Assembly (NCBI GenBank): GCA_013239625.1
Contig: MU053934.1
Location: 3,366,399 to 3,430,398 of the forward strand
Direction of reading: 5' to 3'
Length of the DNA: 64,000 nt
Source: Lama guanicoe
Lineage: Eukaryota
Shown: positions 12,641 through 26,279 of the stretch, one piece after another
How the letters are laid out: every line of letters starts with the position of its first letter
Numbering within the stretch: the stretch's first letter is position 1
Notes under the pieces: model-generated
Databases searched by the model: none
Seen by the model: only the letters and a program-made list of their open reading frames with translations
Told to the model about the DNA's origin: nothing
Position numbers and translations under genes: made by a program

Positions 12641-15600
12641 TGTTTACATTCTCTTCCTTTTGCTCAACCTGCTGACCCCCTCACACCCAAGAGCTTGCAG
12701 ATGGCACCTAAGGTTTCCACTGATCCCACTATTTCCTCCCCAAACCCAAACTGCACTGTATCCACTGCTTTTCACCATGACACGTGCTTTTGTTGCCCTC
12801 TGTCCTTGCAGCTTGTGGGTCCCCTGGGCAACCCCTATGCACCATTCAACATCCACCTTAAACATCCTCTCCTAGGTATATTAGTATATTCTGGATCAAC
12901 AGCTCCCAGCACACCAGGACTCCTCCTTCCCCTCAGTTCACTGCATCTACTCACTCACTGTATCATCGCTGTCAGTTCAGCTATGTGTCCCCCTACCCAG
13001 GCCTCTCCATCCCCACAGCTACTGCCCTAGTTCAGCCTCCCTCCAAGTCTCACCAGGACCCTTGTGCCACCTCCTCACTGGTCTCCCTGCCCTAGTCTGG
13101 CCCTCCAGCCCATCACCACTGAGCCTTGGTGCTCAGATCACCTCTCTGCTCAGGGTGCTCAGGGTCACTCCTCTGCTCACAAGCCTTCCATAGCTCCCCG
13201 CTGCCCTAAGGAAAGTGTCCACAAGGGAATGACTTCAAACGCCCCTTCCCACCTCTCACTCTGCCCCACCAATGTCCAACACACCCACGTGCTGCACACC
13301 CCCGGGGCCTTGCATAGGCAGTGTCTTTTGCCTGGAATTCCCTCTCCCTTTCTGCCAGGCACACTCTAATTTTTGTCTCAGGCCGTCCCTCCTGCGGTAC
13401 TCACCAGTTCTCACCATTTAGCAGTGACAACAGCTAAAACATCACCAGGCTGACCACATGCCAAGGGCTGTTCTAAGTGTTTTACATGCTTTATACATGT
13501 TAATTAACCCTTTGAATTCTCATAACTACCCCAAGAGAAAGGCTCCATTACTGTGCCCAGTTCAGAGGCAGGAAAACTGAGGCCCTGTTGGAAGAAGAAC
13601 CATTCAGAAGTGGCAGAAGGATCTGACCCCAGCCTGCATTGTTATTCCTCCTGGTAGAGGCCTCAGAACTGCTGAAACCTCTCCCATCCATGCTGCAACC
13701 ACCCAACCCCAAATTAATCGCTCTCTCCTCTGTAGATTCTGAGTTTTGTAAACCACCCCCTCACTGCGCTATGTAGGAATTAGCAGGTTACACAGCAGTC
13801 TCCCCAGAAAGAGCTCCTGGTTAACTTCACTTTGCTTCTCTAGGTCCTTGGTAACTGGCGCGGGTGTAAAGGGTTCAGTAAACTGGGATGAATGAGTGAA
13901 TGAGTGAATGGTTTCCAGGGATGTCAGATCCTGGGGATTTCTCACCCGCCTCAAAGAAAAGAATGCATTATGCAAATTATCTGGGGCCAGACCTTTTCCC
14001 TTCTCCCTCCCACGCTCCCTCCTCCTAGCCCCTCCCCCCCCCCACAGTTTCTGGGAGGGCACTGGACTCTCCAGAAAATGCCCCAGGCTCTCTAGGGGCG
14101 CGTTTTCTGATTAGTGATGAAACTAGGGCTTAAAGCTGGTGAATCACTAGCCGCTGCCAGCCAGGGCACGTTGGGGTGTCAGGAGGGAAGGGAGAAGCCA
14201 GGCTCCCCATCAACCTTCTATCTCATCACTGTATGGCCTCCCCAGCCTTTGAAGTCCTGGTGACACTAGCTGGAAAAGGACCTAGCCCTGGGTGCAGATG
14301 AGTTTGAGCAGCTCCGAGACTATCCCCACTCCTCTGACACACACACCCCAATCTCCGCCACTCCCAGGTCCCAGGGAACTCAAGGCCCCAACAGTTCACA
14401 CACCCCATTCCCATCTTTGGTCTGGCGACTCACTGATGACACCCAGGGAGGCGCTGCATCCACATTTATAGGTAGAAAACCAGCTTAGGGAGACGGAACT
14501 CCCGGCGACCACCCAGAGGAAATAAGGAGGACACAGGAAGTTGAATCCCAGTGTTCTGCCTCCCAAGGGGGTTTCAAGCAGGACCGGCCATTTCTTGATT
14601 TAAGGATGGCACCCTTGGAGGACAAAGTATGGATTGCCAGCTCCAACCTTGAGGCACCGGGAGGAATCTTAACAAGCGTCCCAGGGGCTTGAGGCAGGTG
14701 GGGAAACTCCAATCCGACGGTTCAGGGCTCACGTCCAGGTTCAAGTCCCAAGTTGACTCCTAACAAGCCACAGTTCCTGTGACCTTGGACAAGTTTCTTA
14801 GCTTCCATAGGCCTCAGTCTGCCCATCAGTAAGATGGGAGCAACTCTGAGTACTTACACATCACAGGATTCTGGTGAGGATTGTATGAGACAACACAGAA
14901 AGAATTTAGATCAGGCAGTGCACACTCAATGAATAGCACATTTTTTAAAGGGTATTTTGAAGGAATGGTTCCCCAAGGAGGAAGCATTTGGAGTGAATCC
15001 TTGTCATCAGAGAGGAATGCTCCCCACACCTGCCCGGTAGAAGGCTCAGGCCTGCGGCCTCCTTACAGACCCGGAGGCCTATTCCACACCACACCTGCCA
15101 GGTCAGAGTCTGGAAGGTGGGAAGCTGGTATTTTTAACAAGAGCCCCAGGGAGTTCCTTGGATCAGGCAAGCCTGGGAATCCCAGGGGCTGAGTATCACT
15201 TTTTTTTTCCTTGTAGGCTGTTCTAGTAAAACCCCTTCCACCCACTTGTCAGTATGCCCTTAGGGGAAAACCAACTTTCGCTTTTTCCCAAGTAGTAATA
15301 ACATTTTAGCTGGTCAAAGCTAAAGCCTCACTAGTGCCAGGGGCTTTGCTAAATCAATTCCATCCACCACCTGAGGACCACCTGGGGCAGGTCCTCTCTT
15401 TAGCTCCATTTTATAGAGGTGGAAACTGAGGCCAGGGAAGTTAATAACTTGCCCAAGGTCACAGAGCTGGAACTTGGCAGAGCCAGGACTCTCTCCACCA
15501 CACAGTAGGGCCTTTGCAAGCAGCCCCAGCACCTTGGGGAAGTGCCTTGATGCTCCAGCCCAGAGCAGGTCTCTCAGGAGCTGACAGCCTGCAGTCTGCC

Positions 15601-18600
15601 TTTTCCAGGCAGCTTCACAGAGCTGGTGGCCAGGATCCCAGTCCCAGTCCCCAGGCCCTTCCCCCTACATGTCCACACTGCCACACTGAATCTCAATCTC
15701 ATTGGTTCCTTTACTTGACCCCTCCGCCTCCTGGCCCTGGGGCAAAAGAAAGTGCTCTGGAGTCACGGAAAGCCCAGGCTTTGAGGCCAGGATGAATGAT
15801 CCTGTCCCCCAAGCCCACCCCATCCCTCCACTCCCACAGATTTCCCCTCGCTTCCTCATCTGCTCCTTTTCTCAGGCCCGTCATGTCTCCGGAAATGCTT
15901 GCCTTTGACCAAGCTGTTTCCCAGTTCAGGCACATCCCTTCCCAATTTTAGGCTTCTGTGTTGAGAGGGTGGCCTCCTCCAAGAAGCCTTCCATGACTGC
16001 CTCCTCTGGGTTAGCTGGCTCCTCAGTAACCCCACACCCCTCTAGGGGAGACTGCCTCAAGCACTAATGAGGTTGTGTCCTAAAGGTCTATCTCCGGGTG
16101 GGGGAGGGGAGACAGAGGACAGGTGTCACTGACCTCCTTCCAGATTAGGTTGGGGAAGAGGAAGAGGGCAGGTTTCCCTCTGCCCAGCCTCTTCCACTGG
16201 CCATGACCCTCAAGCCCTCGATCAGTACCTCCTGTTGGGCAACCACAGGACTGATTGGCTGGGGCTGCCTGGAGGCGAGGAGAGCAGGGCTACTTGCTTC
16301 CCCCTGGGCACCTTTGGCCAGCCCCACCCCTCCGTCTGCCCCTGACCCCAGCTCCTCAGACCTGGGGCTTTGAACATGGAGGGATATTTCAAGGTATGAA
16401 GTGAGACCTTGGTCCCAGTTCTCTCTGGCTGGTCCCAAGGCACCCAGCAGCCCTGCCCCCATCCTCCTGGCATAGAGGCCACAGGGGAAAATGCAGTGGG
16501 TACAAGATGAGGCCGATGGAGTTCTGGCCCATCACTCCCACCCCGAGATGAGAGACTGAGGCCACCAGAAACTGACAAAGCCAGAGCTGAAGCCCTGTGG
16601 CCCCACTGGGGCAGAGTGGGATCTGGCCTCCTCCTTCAGCTCTCCCTCAGGCCCTCCACCATCAAAGCAGGGGAGGACTCTGGGGTTAGGGGAGGAGAAC
16701 GGGGCGGAGCGCCCAGACGTTGGGGGGCTGGGCCCCGGAGCCAGGGATGCTTCCTGCGGACACTGGACTCTCGACTCCCACATTCCTGGCCATTCTGAAG
16801 ACTCCTCTCTCCTCCTCCCTCCTTGCTCTCCCCAGCATGGGGGAGGGCAGTGCCTGGGTCTGAGCTGGCTGCCTGGGGGGGCCTCTCCAGGGAGGGACTG
16901 AGGTCTAGGCTAGAGGGGCTGCCCAGGAGGCCTGGCTAACACACCACCCTGGGGGTCCTTGTGATCTCATAAACAGGAAGTCTCCCGCCTCCCTGTAGAC
17001 CGGCCCCTGTGTACGCAGGCGCTGGACTAGAGGCCCAGCGGCCCTTGACCTCTCCGGCTGCTTCCTGTTAGCCAGGCCAGAGGAGAGAGAGAGGCAAACA
17101 GAAATGGCCTGAGATGGGGGAGAGGGCTGAGGGAGGGTGGGGGCTGAAGAGAAAAGCTCAGGGAGGCTGAAAGGAAGGAGGCAGAACAAGGCTGGCACAT
17201 AGTAGGCACTGAATAAATATTCCGGCCTGAGGTCGGGTAAGGAGGGGAAGGGCTGCTTTGGGGAGAGCAGCTTAGTTAGGGGAAAGAGAGGCCTAGCACG
17301 TAGTAGGTGCTCAGTAAATATTTGAGGCCGATGTTTAGGCTAGGCGGGAGGGAATGTTCCTGAGAAGGCAGCACTGGTGGGGGGGGTGGGAGAAGGGGGC
17401 TCCCCTGGCCTGGCTGCTCCCTGTGAGTGAACAGCCCTCAAGACTCAGCATCCCATTGTCCCTGTCTGGCCCCAACCCCGCCTCAGGCCGCCCTGGCCAG
17501 GCCACTGTCTCAAGGCCTTTATTTTTAAAATCCCTGCGGTGTTCCCACCCCAAACCGAAGGAGCAGTGCCAGCTGCAGATCCGCCTGCGGCCTGGGCTCA
17601 GGGCCCAGAGGCGCCGGGGGTGGGGCATCCGGCCACCCTGCAGCTGCTGCTGCAACTCTGGGAGGGCTACTAGACCAGCCAGCATGCCCAAGCAGAAGGA
17701 GGCCCTGGGATGCCCCCTAACACTGGGCCAAGGGTTAAACCACAGACCCACTAGGATAGCTAGGGACCAGATTTGCATGTGGAATCCAGTGGCTTGTTCT
17801 TCTGTAAAGCAAATCTTTGTTTCCCCACCTTCCACCAAATATGTGCACAACACCTACTGTGTGTCAAGAGGGAGGCAGGGGCTCGACCTTGTGGCGGGTG
17901 GGGCCTGCAGAGGATGCAGGCGGTACAGTTGTGGGGCACTTCTGGAAAGAGCCTGTGCCTGGCTCCATTCCTTCTGGACTGTATGGCCTGGGGCAAATCA
18001 TTTGGCTTCTCTGAGCCTCAGGTGCCTCCCCTGTCAGATGGGACAATGACAGCTACCATGGAAGGCTGGGGTCCATCTCCAGACCCAGCAGTGAACAAGG
18101 TAGACAGTCATGGTCCCTGCCCTCACAGAGCCTAATGTCCAGGGGGAAGGTGATTCCTTCCCCCACCGCCATGAACAAGGTCATGGCAGTCACAAAAGGC
18201 AGAGTGGAAGGGAGGGTGGCAGTGGGTAAGGGCTGTGGGAAAAACTAATTTAGATGAGTGGTCTGGTAGGTGACATTTGAGCTGAGAGGGAGCCAGCCTT
18301 TCACTCACCCGGGGTAAGAGTTTTCTGGGCAGAAGGAATAGAAGTGCAAAGGTCCTGAGGCTGAGGGGCGGGGGGGACCTGAGATAATGGGTATGGAAAG
18401 ACTCTATAAACTCTCAAGGGCTATGAACTTGGAAGAAGTGGTTACTATTGCTATTGTCACTATGTCAAGTCTGGGGAGGAGGCAGGGATGTCATGCCGCA
18501 GCTGAGAGCTGCCCCTGCATCCCTTCCGGTTCAACTTACTCCACCTAGAGAATGTGCAGCTGGCTGCCCAGCGGATGTGCCTGGGTCCTTGAACTACAAA

Positions 18601-21600
18601 GGGCGTTCACTCTGGCCCAGTTTGTTTTCTCCTTTGATCCTCCCAACAGCTATGAGGTAGGGCTGGCAAGGCTTATTATCATTGTGTCCATTTGATGGTC
18701 AGGGAAACTGAGGCAGGGGTGGACACAGGATGGTGGCAGTGGCTTGCTGAGATCACCTAGCTCAGTAATGGCAGAGCTGAGCCACAAGCCCAAGTAGCTG
18801 GGTTCCCAAGCTGGTCCATCCCCCTGCCTCGCCCCAGCATCTGGCCCAGCACCCACAAACTAGCACACAGACTCCACCAGGAGGTGCCAGCCACCCCCCA
18901 GGCTCCAGCCCGAGAAGAATGCAGCCTGACCCTCCCCGCGGGAGCACTGGCCAGCAGGCTTTGGCAGGAGAGAGGCCGGCTGAGTCAACAAGAGGCTGGC
19001 AGGGGCTCAAGCTGCCCACCGAGGTGGAGTCAGAGACCTAGAAGGGGCTGTCCGCTCCCCACCCCTCACTCTCACTCTCCGTGAGACCCTCCCTCCTGCT
19101 TGTCAGGGGGCCCGCCAGCTCAGTTAACCCCTGCAGGCCCTACCGGGGAATGGCCTGGTGAGAATCAATTGGTCAATCACCCTGCAGAAAGGTGCTGTGG
19201 GACCTCAGATAAGTCACTTCACCTCTTTTGGCTGGTTTCCTCAGCTGTGAGTTCCTCTTCGTACCCATGAGGATGTTGTTGGAGTCTTCATGAATTAACA
19301 AAGATTACTCTGCACATAAAACTGTTCAAGCCATCACATTTCTTCTCTGCGAGCTGGGGTGCAAATTCCTGAATCCAAAGGCGTTGCTAGGGGCTGAGCA
19401 TGAGTGCTCGCTGTGATGTGACTGTTCAGTTCCTGAAACAACTCCACAAAGTACAAGGAGCCTGAACACCTGCAATAATTATGTTTTTGTAAAGCTCCTT
19501 TCCTGGGCATCTTCTTTGATCACTGGCATTACTGTTCCCATTTCACAGATGAGAAAATTGAGGCACAGGGAGACTAAGGAACTTAGTATAGATTCACAGC
19601 TGCATGGGACTAGTTGGAGCGAGGTCTTCTGACACTTGGGCAAACATTTGGAAGGGAGAACACTGGGGGCACCTTTGTGCATCCCCAGGAGGTGGAAAGA
19701 GGGGCAGTGAGCAGAGGTAATGGGGAGTCGATCTCTGCTCCATTTCAGGGAGAAATTCTTGACCGGCAGAGCTGTTCTGTTCTGTTGCAGTGAGCTCCCA
19801 GTCACCAAAAAGGTAAGTAGAAGCAACATTCAGGGAAGCTTCTGGGCAATTCCGGCCCCAGGAGGATGAGTGTACAGCATGTGAGGTTTCTCCCTACATC
19901 CTCACACTGAAAGGACAGGGTCCCTTTGTGGCAGCAGGGCACTGTGGACACCACAGAGGCTCAAATCCAGTGGGACCACTTCCGAGCTGTGAGAGATTGA
20001 GGAAGTAACTTTACCTCCTTGGCCTCAGTCTCCTTATCTGTATAATGGTGTTGTAAGCATTAGGGCAAATGCGAGGAAATCACCAAGCCCAGGGCACAGA
20101 CTTGCTTTCTGGCCCTCAGGAGGTGCTTAATTTCAGCTCCTCTCACTTCTCATCATCCTCCTCTTATCATCGGTCCAGGAAAGGGAGGAAGAAATCAGAA
20201 GCTTCTTAGCAGTGCGGCGATGGGGAGCATCAGATGAATCCAGGACTCAGAGCCCGGAGCGCCAGGTTCGACTCCCAGCTCAACAAACAACAGGCAGAGC
20301 CCGTGAGCTGAGGGAAGTTGGTTCCCTCCTCCACCACACAAAGGAGATCATGTACGTAAAAGCCCTTCATCCACTGACGTGGGCCAGCTTTTGTTAGAAG
20401 AAAACAGACGCAGACCCAAGCATCCAGGAATGAGCCAGTGGTTGTGGGGCTGAGGGAGGAGCCCCTACCCAACCCAGGCAGGGCCATGTGAAGCCCCAGA
20501 GGCTGGGCCAGCCTAGGCCAGGCGATGCTGGAGATGGTCAGGGCAAGGCAGGGCTGGCCTCCAGCCTACGGGCCTATCTCTCAGGCCAGGCTGGACAGCA
20601 GAGAATAGGCCATTGTTTCTGCTCCTCAAACACTTTTCCTGTCCCCCTCCCCTGCCCCTCCTCCCTCTACACCGCCCCCCCTCTTCTCCAGAACAAAGAT
20701 GTTCTGGAGAAATCCCCCCAACACTGCCCTTCCATCCAGGTTCCTGGCCACCTGGCCCAGCTCTGAAGAACCCAGCCCCATCACCCCTGGGGTGACAAGG
20801 TCACCTGGCTGTGGCCCTTCTGCTGTCCCCCCCCACCCCCTGCACCTACAGGCCCCTCAGAGCCCCACTGCCTGCTCCATCCATCCATCTGACTGTCCTC
20901 CTTAGGGGTGGGGCTGGAGGAACTGACCCCACATCCTTCCTCAGCCCCCGTCCAACTTCTTGTCCTGTTCTCCAGGAGAAAAGGAGTCTGTGGTGGGGGG
21001 GAGGGGGCTTCCCCTCCCCCACTTCCCCTCCCCCATTTCCCTGCGGAGAGTGAACAAGGAACCAGAGCTGGGTTGGCCTGGAAGGCTCTGGCTGAGAAAA
21101 CTCTTCCATGCGGCCAGACCTTTTCCCAGAGCCTGGAATTCCAGAGGCGTTTCCGGCCCTGACAGCTGCCTGCCTCTGGGAGCCATGCTCTCCCTGTGGG
21201 CCTCACAGTCCCACCCTCTAAAATACCCTTGAGATTAACTCCCCAATCTGACCCTGCTGCTCCCAAGAACCCACTCACACCCAGGCATCACCTCGAGAAA
21301 CCGCCAAACAGGGACAGCCAGGGACTAATCTGTCATCACCCAGCCCCCAGGCCGCCCGCCCGCCCCAGGCCAAGCCCTGATGCCCCAGCATCTCAGTCAT
21401 CACCCCATGGCACGTACACCCGTGCCAGGCACACGTACTTCGTGCACCCAGCCTGTCTCTCACACCTTCTGGTTTACACAACTTCACACGTCTGCATAGA
21501 GCTTCATCCCACCTCCTCCAGGCAGCTTTCCTGGAAGCTCTGCCAAGTCTGCACTCTGTCTGAACCTTAACTCTCTGTGAGCCTGTCTGCTTTGTCCTGT

Positions 21601-23199
21601 TAGGCTGGCAGCTGGCACACAGTAGGTACTCAACAGATGCTCACTCACACTAAAGGCAGCCGTGGGGTGTGTGGTGGCCGACAACTGCCCACTCCACTGC
21701 TGACTCATGGTGCAGCCCTGGCAAGTCCTACTCTCTCTGGGCCTCAGTGTCCCCAGAAGCCCTCTGAGGCCCTGAAACTTCCCACTAAGTGTTGAGTTTT
21801 GGGCTCGGGGATAAGAGGAAGGAATGAGGAAGGAATAAAGAAGGAAAGACTGAAGGTTCCTTCCAGGAGAGTCTCTAGCCCCTGGCTCCATCAAAGTATG
21901 TTCCTGACCTCGAGTTCAGCCAGGAAAAAAAACTTGGGGCCAGGCTGCTGTGGGCCTCTGCTAATGAGAAACCCCAACAGGGATCCCAAGACACCCCAGG
22001 GTCTGTGACATCTGACAGCAGCCATTGCTGGGGAAAGGGCAGGGGTTCATGCTAGCCCAGACACAGAGGGTTCTCCCATGCCCCAAGCACAGCGTACAAG
22101 CCCTCTCTCCCATCCTCCACAGTAGACCCCCCCCCCACCTCCAGTTCATCTTCCAGCCTCTGGAGAGACCAGCTCTCTCCCCAGCTCCACCTATGGGCAA
22201 TATTATCCCAAGACCCAAACCCAGCTCAAATGCCACTTCCTCCAGGAAGCCTCCCTGGACCTCCTCTTCTACCACTATTTTGGCCCTTCAGCCCCACCAA
22301 CTCCTGGCCTCTGTCTTCCCCACCAGACCAGACAAAGTCTCTGAGAGCAGGGACTGCATTCCTTCCTCACCACTGCCTCCTAACAAGGCACCCAGCTCAG
22401 GGCCTGGCCCACAACAAGCACTTACTTAATGTTTATTAAATGAAATCACCTCCTGGGAAAAGGAAAATTCTAACAATAGTAATAATAATAGCTACCCTTC
22501 TTTGACCATTAACTACAGGTCAGGTAGCGAACTTTACGGCTCATCACAAATGAAGCTCAGGTGAGGAAACGGCTTGTCCAAGGTCACTCTACTAGTGTGA
22601 CGCAAAGCTGGGATTTGAACTCAGGTTTGCCTGATTTGGAAATGCATGCTGGGTCATAGAGGGGAGAGCATGGGGATGGCCCCCTTGGCCCCACTGCCAG
22701 TCTCCCCAAGCTGGGGGATTAGTCCACAGCAGAAATCACTTGCAGAACCTGATGCTGCCCCCTTCCCTGCAATGCCCAGGTGTGTCTGAGCCCCTGCCAC
22801 AGCCTGTGGAGAGTGTTCCTGGAGTAGTCCCAGTAGGAGGGTACCTGCCCTCATGGTGGCTGCAGTCCAGTTGGGGTGACAAGGACTCCCTTCCAATGCT
22901 GGCCATGACCAGTTGTTCCCCAATATGCCAAGAGCACAGATATCACCATCTCACTGGAGAGCCAGCTCATATTGTAATTGATGCCAATATGGAGAATGGA
23001 CCAGGAGCAAGGGAGAGGCTCACTCTCTAGGAGGGCCTCCAGGAGGAGGTGACTTCATGGATATTTGCCCAAGGGTGACGCATTGATAAAAGTGAGCGAG
23101 GTGTGTGCCTGTGAGAAAGATGAGGACATGCTCAGAAACTCATGATGGTCAGCAGAGGCCACAGGTGAGTTGATACAAGATCATCATAGGATGGACAGG

Positions 23200-23580
23200 G
23201 AAATGAGTGGGTGAGTTCATGGAGGGACAGATGGGTCTTAGATGGGCATGGGTCTGGGCAGTGGATCAAGGGATGCTGAATGGATAGAGTGAGGGGTGGT
23301 TAAATGGAAGGACGTATGGGTGGGGAGGTGGATGGGAGGATGGGGGACAGACAGATAACGGATAGAGATGTAGGCAGTGGGTCAACTGAGGGGTGAGTAG
23401 GTAGGTAGGTGATGGGATGGGTGTGGGTAGTAGGGATGGGTAAATTGGTGGGTAAGTGGAGGGGTAGAAGGGTGGGTAGATGGATGGATAGGAGTATGGG
23501 TGGTGGGTAGATGGATGGACCAGTGGGTGCTCAAGAAATAGAGGACTAGGAAGACCAATCAATGGGACATAGAACAGATG
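23200..23580. repeat. Degenerate (GGAT/GGGT)n purine-rich low-complexity tract
   Basis: Runs of TGGA/TGGG/TAGG units. Confidence 0.8.
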
Positions 23581-24732
23581 CATAAACTAACCAAAAGCCA
23601 AGCCAGACTTTGGGATGGAAAGGATGCGTGCTTCTTAGGGAGGGGCTGGGGTGGGGGCTGATAGATGTGGCCAAGCCAACTCACTCCGCTCTAGGATCCC
23701 ACACTCCAAACTTCACTGGAGCCTGGTGGACAGCCACTGGATTCCTGGAAGAATCCCTCTTTAGCTGTGCCCTGCCCCCTCCACCTTAACTTCTTAGAGG
23801 ACTCCCTGGCCAGAAACTGCCTCCTTCCCATAAGCCCCATGCCTCAGCCCACCCTGTCTGCAGGGGTGAGTTGAGGGAGCAGCTGAGCTCTGTGATTATG
23901 GCCCTTGGGGCCTGGCTCCTCAGGACTGGGGAGGAGATGGGCCTCCTGAACTCCAGGCAGCCAGTCCCACCTAGCAGCTCCCAGTCCCCAGCTGGGAGGC
24001 ATTTGTTCTGCATTCTGCACGGTGATTACAGTTCTGCCAGGGTTAACCCCTGCGCTCCTGGGCACAGCTTCTCCACAAGAGAAGAAATGGGACCACAAGA
24101 AATTGGGAGAGGAGAAAACCATGGAAAGTGGGGAGGGCCTATCCCTGCATCTTTCACAAGGATGTCAGACCCCTCTCTTTCTTCCATTTTCCAGAAGGAA
24201 AAGCTGATCCTTAAATCAGGAGTAGAGCCAGATACATGAATGCAGCCTACAAGGAGAGGAACTTCTATCTAGAGAGAGGCTTCAAATGAAGGGAGAGCGC
24301 CTCCCAGCCTCAGTTTACCCATCTGTAAAATGGGGCACAAAATTCCTGACTCACAGGTTGCCTCACAATGAGCTAGCAGAGGCAAAGTGCCTGGTGCATT
24401 GTAGGAAGCTTCTCAACCACTGGTTGTTCCCTGCCTGCCCAAGCCCGGAGCTAAAGAGGTCGGAAGGTGTGTGTGACGGGTTAGAACCACTCCCATTAAC
24501 ACTGCTTTCTCGGCCATCTCTCTGGGGCTCACAGCAAATAGTAAATAGCTACAAGCAGCAAACTTCCACACTGGTATTACACCCATTTTACAAACAAGAA
24601 AATTGAGGCTTAGAGAGGCCAAGTGCCTTGCCCAAGATCACAGGGACGCCAATGGGCCACAACTTGGGTTCGGTGCCTCTGACATCACACCAAACCACTT
24701 CCTTTGCCAGCTGCTCTAGGGACCCTCTGACT

Positions 24733-24854
24733 AGAGTGATCTGTAATTTATTGTCTAACCAGCTCCCCTTTGAGAGTAGAAGGGCTATTAATGACGCTGG
24801 GACAGTCGGCGTCATCTGGGGCTGTCCTGGGCAAGCCGGGAAGTATGGCCACCC
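24733..24854. mobile_element. MER94-like hAT MITE fossil
   Basis: Degenerate terminal inverted repeats AGAGTGATC.../...TATGGCCACCCT with an internal GGGACAG..GCTGTCC. Confidence 0.45.
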
Positions 24855-26279
24855 TGCCACAGTCGGAGGCTTTGGGAAAGTCACTTCACTTCTCTGCAAA
24901 ATGGACATAATGGCAGTGTTGTCCCTACAGGGATCTCATGAGGATTAAACATGATGATGCGTGTGAGGGGCTACAGGACCCAGAGTGCATCAGATGCTCA
25001 ATAAGTGTCGGTTATTACTACCGCTATTCATGGTAACAGCCCTGCCTCCATCTCTATTTTTCCTGGCCATCCTTGGCTCACAGCAAGAGCTTCCAAATGC
25101 TCATCCGATCATGCTGCCTGCTGGCTTCCAATCCCTGCCTTGGTGAGGTGGGACACCCGGCCCAAGGTTAAACCCTCAATGCCTGGCCCAGCCCCTTGCT
25201 TGTGCCCCCCATCCAGGCATGTCAGGGGCAACCCCCTTCCTCATCACCCAAGTTCTTCAGGGCCTCTAAGACTACTCCCATTTCTCCCCTAGGCAAAGCA
25301 TCTCCAAGCCTGACCCCAGAGAAAGTGCTCTGACTGACTGGAGTCAATCCTATTATTGAACCAATTGAGGATGTGCTGGAATTCTTTACATCTCAGTTTC
25401 CCCACCTGTCCAGCTGGGGAAATAACCCCCTCCCTCAGTGGCCAACATGAGGATTCAGGGAGCCAGTAGTGAGAGAGGCACTGTGCTCGGTGAACAGCAA
25501 AAACCTTGACTCTTCCACGTGTGTGTAAATATGGCTCCTTGTCCTCCAGCCACTCCTGCTTCCTCCAAGCAGACCCTTAGCTCCAAGCCTACTCGTGCTG
25601 TCTCTCGCCAGGCGTGTGCACATTTCCACTGCCCTTCCCTCTGTCTGTGTGTCCTTAACAACTTAACTCAGGTACCACCTCTTCTAGGACCACTTGCTGA
25701 ACCCCACCCCTGCCCTGCAGGCTGTGTTAGGAATCTCTGGATGCAAGGACAGCCCTCCAGCTCTTCCTGTCTGTCTTCAGGGGGCTCACAGCTCAAGGAG
25801 AGCAACAGAAGAGGTCAAAACAGCATGAGGCAGGGATCAGAGATCTATCTCCCCTCCTTGAGGATGGCACCGGGTCCTAAGGCATGGCTGACTCCCTGCC
25901 CCTCATGGGTGGGGTTGAGGGGTGCTCAATAAAGCTTTCAGAACTCATCCACCTGAGCTGTGACCTCATGGGCTAGTTCAGCAAGCCTCCCAGGCGCTGA
26001 CACAGCAGAGTACTTAACAACATTACAGCTGATGCCTGCTGTTACGATTTCATTTTACAGATGGGAAAACCGAGGCACAGAGAGGGTAAGCAGTGACCAG
26101 GGCAGGATGAGAAGCCAGGCTGTTGGGTTCCAGGGTCTACAGCCCTGACTACCACTACCAGTGGTCCGCCAGTGGCCTGCACCCCAGTCTGGCTCAAGTC
26201 TGTGTCCTGGCACCCGCAGGGTCTGTACTGGAGTGAAAGGCATAGGGGGTGGGGAGAAAGGGAGCGGGCACCCAGCTTG

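Larger units (their letters stand above)
13430..26150. mobile_element. Numerous scattered ancient MIR/L2/MER5-type fragments (e.g. ~13430-13640, 14720-14940, 15400-15490, 18640-18810, 19530-19640, 24570-24690, 26045-26150)
   Basis: Recurrent MIR core motifs: CCCATTTTACAGATGAGGAAACTGAGGC, CTTGCCCAAGGTCAC, CCTCAGTTTCCTCATCTGTAAAATGG. Boundaries approximate. Confidence 0.65.

Noticed and set aside
17335..18049. 231-aa (+) and 172-aa (-) ORFs
   Set aside because: No recognisable homology; they run into a MIR fragment and have no supporting exon structure.
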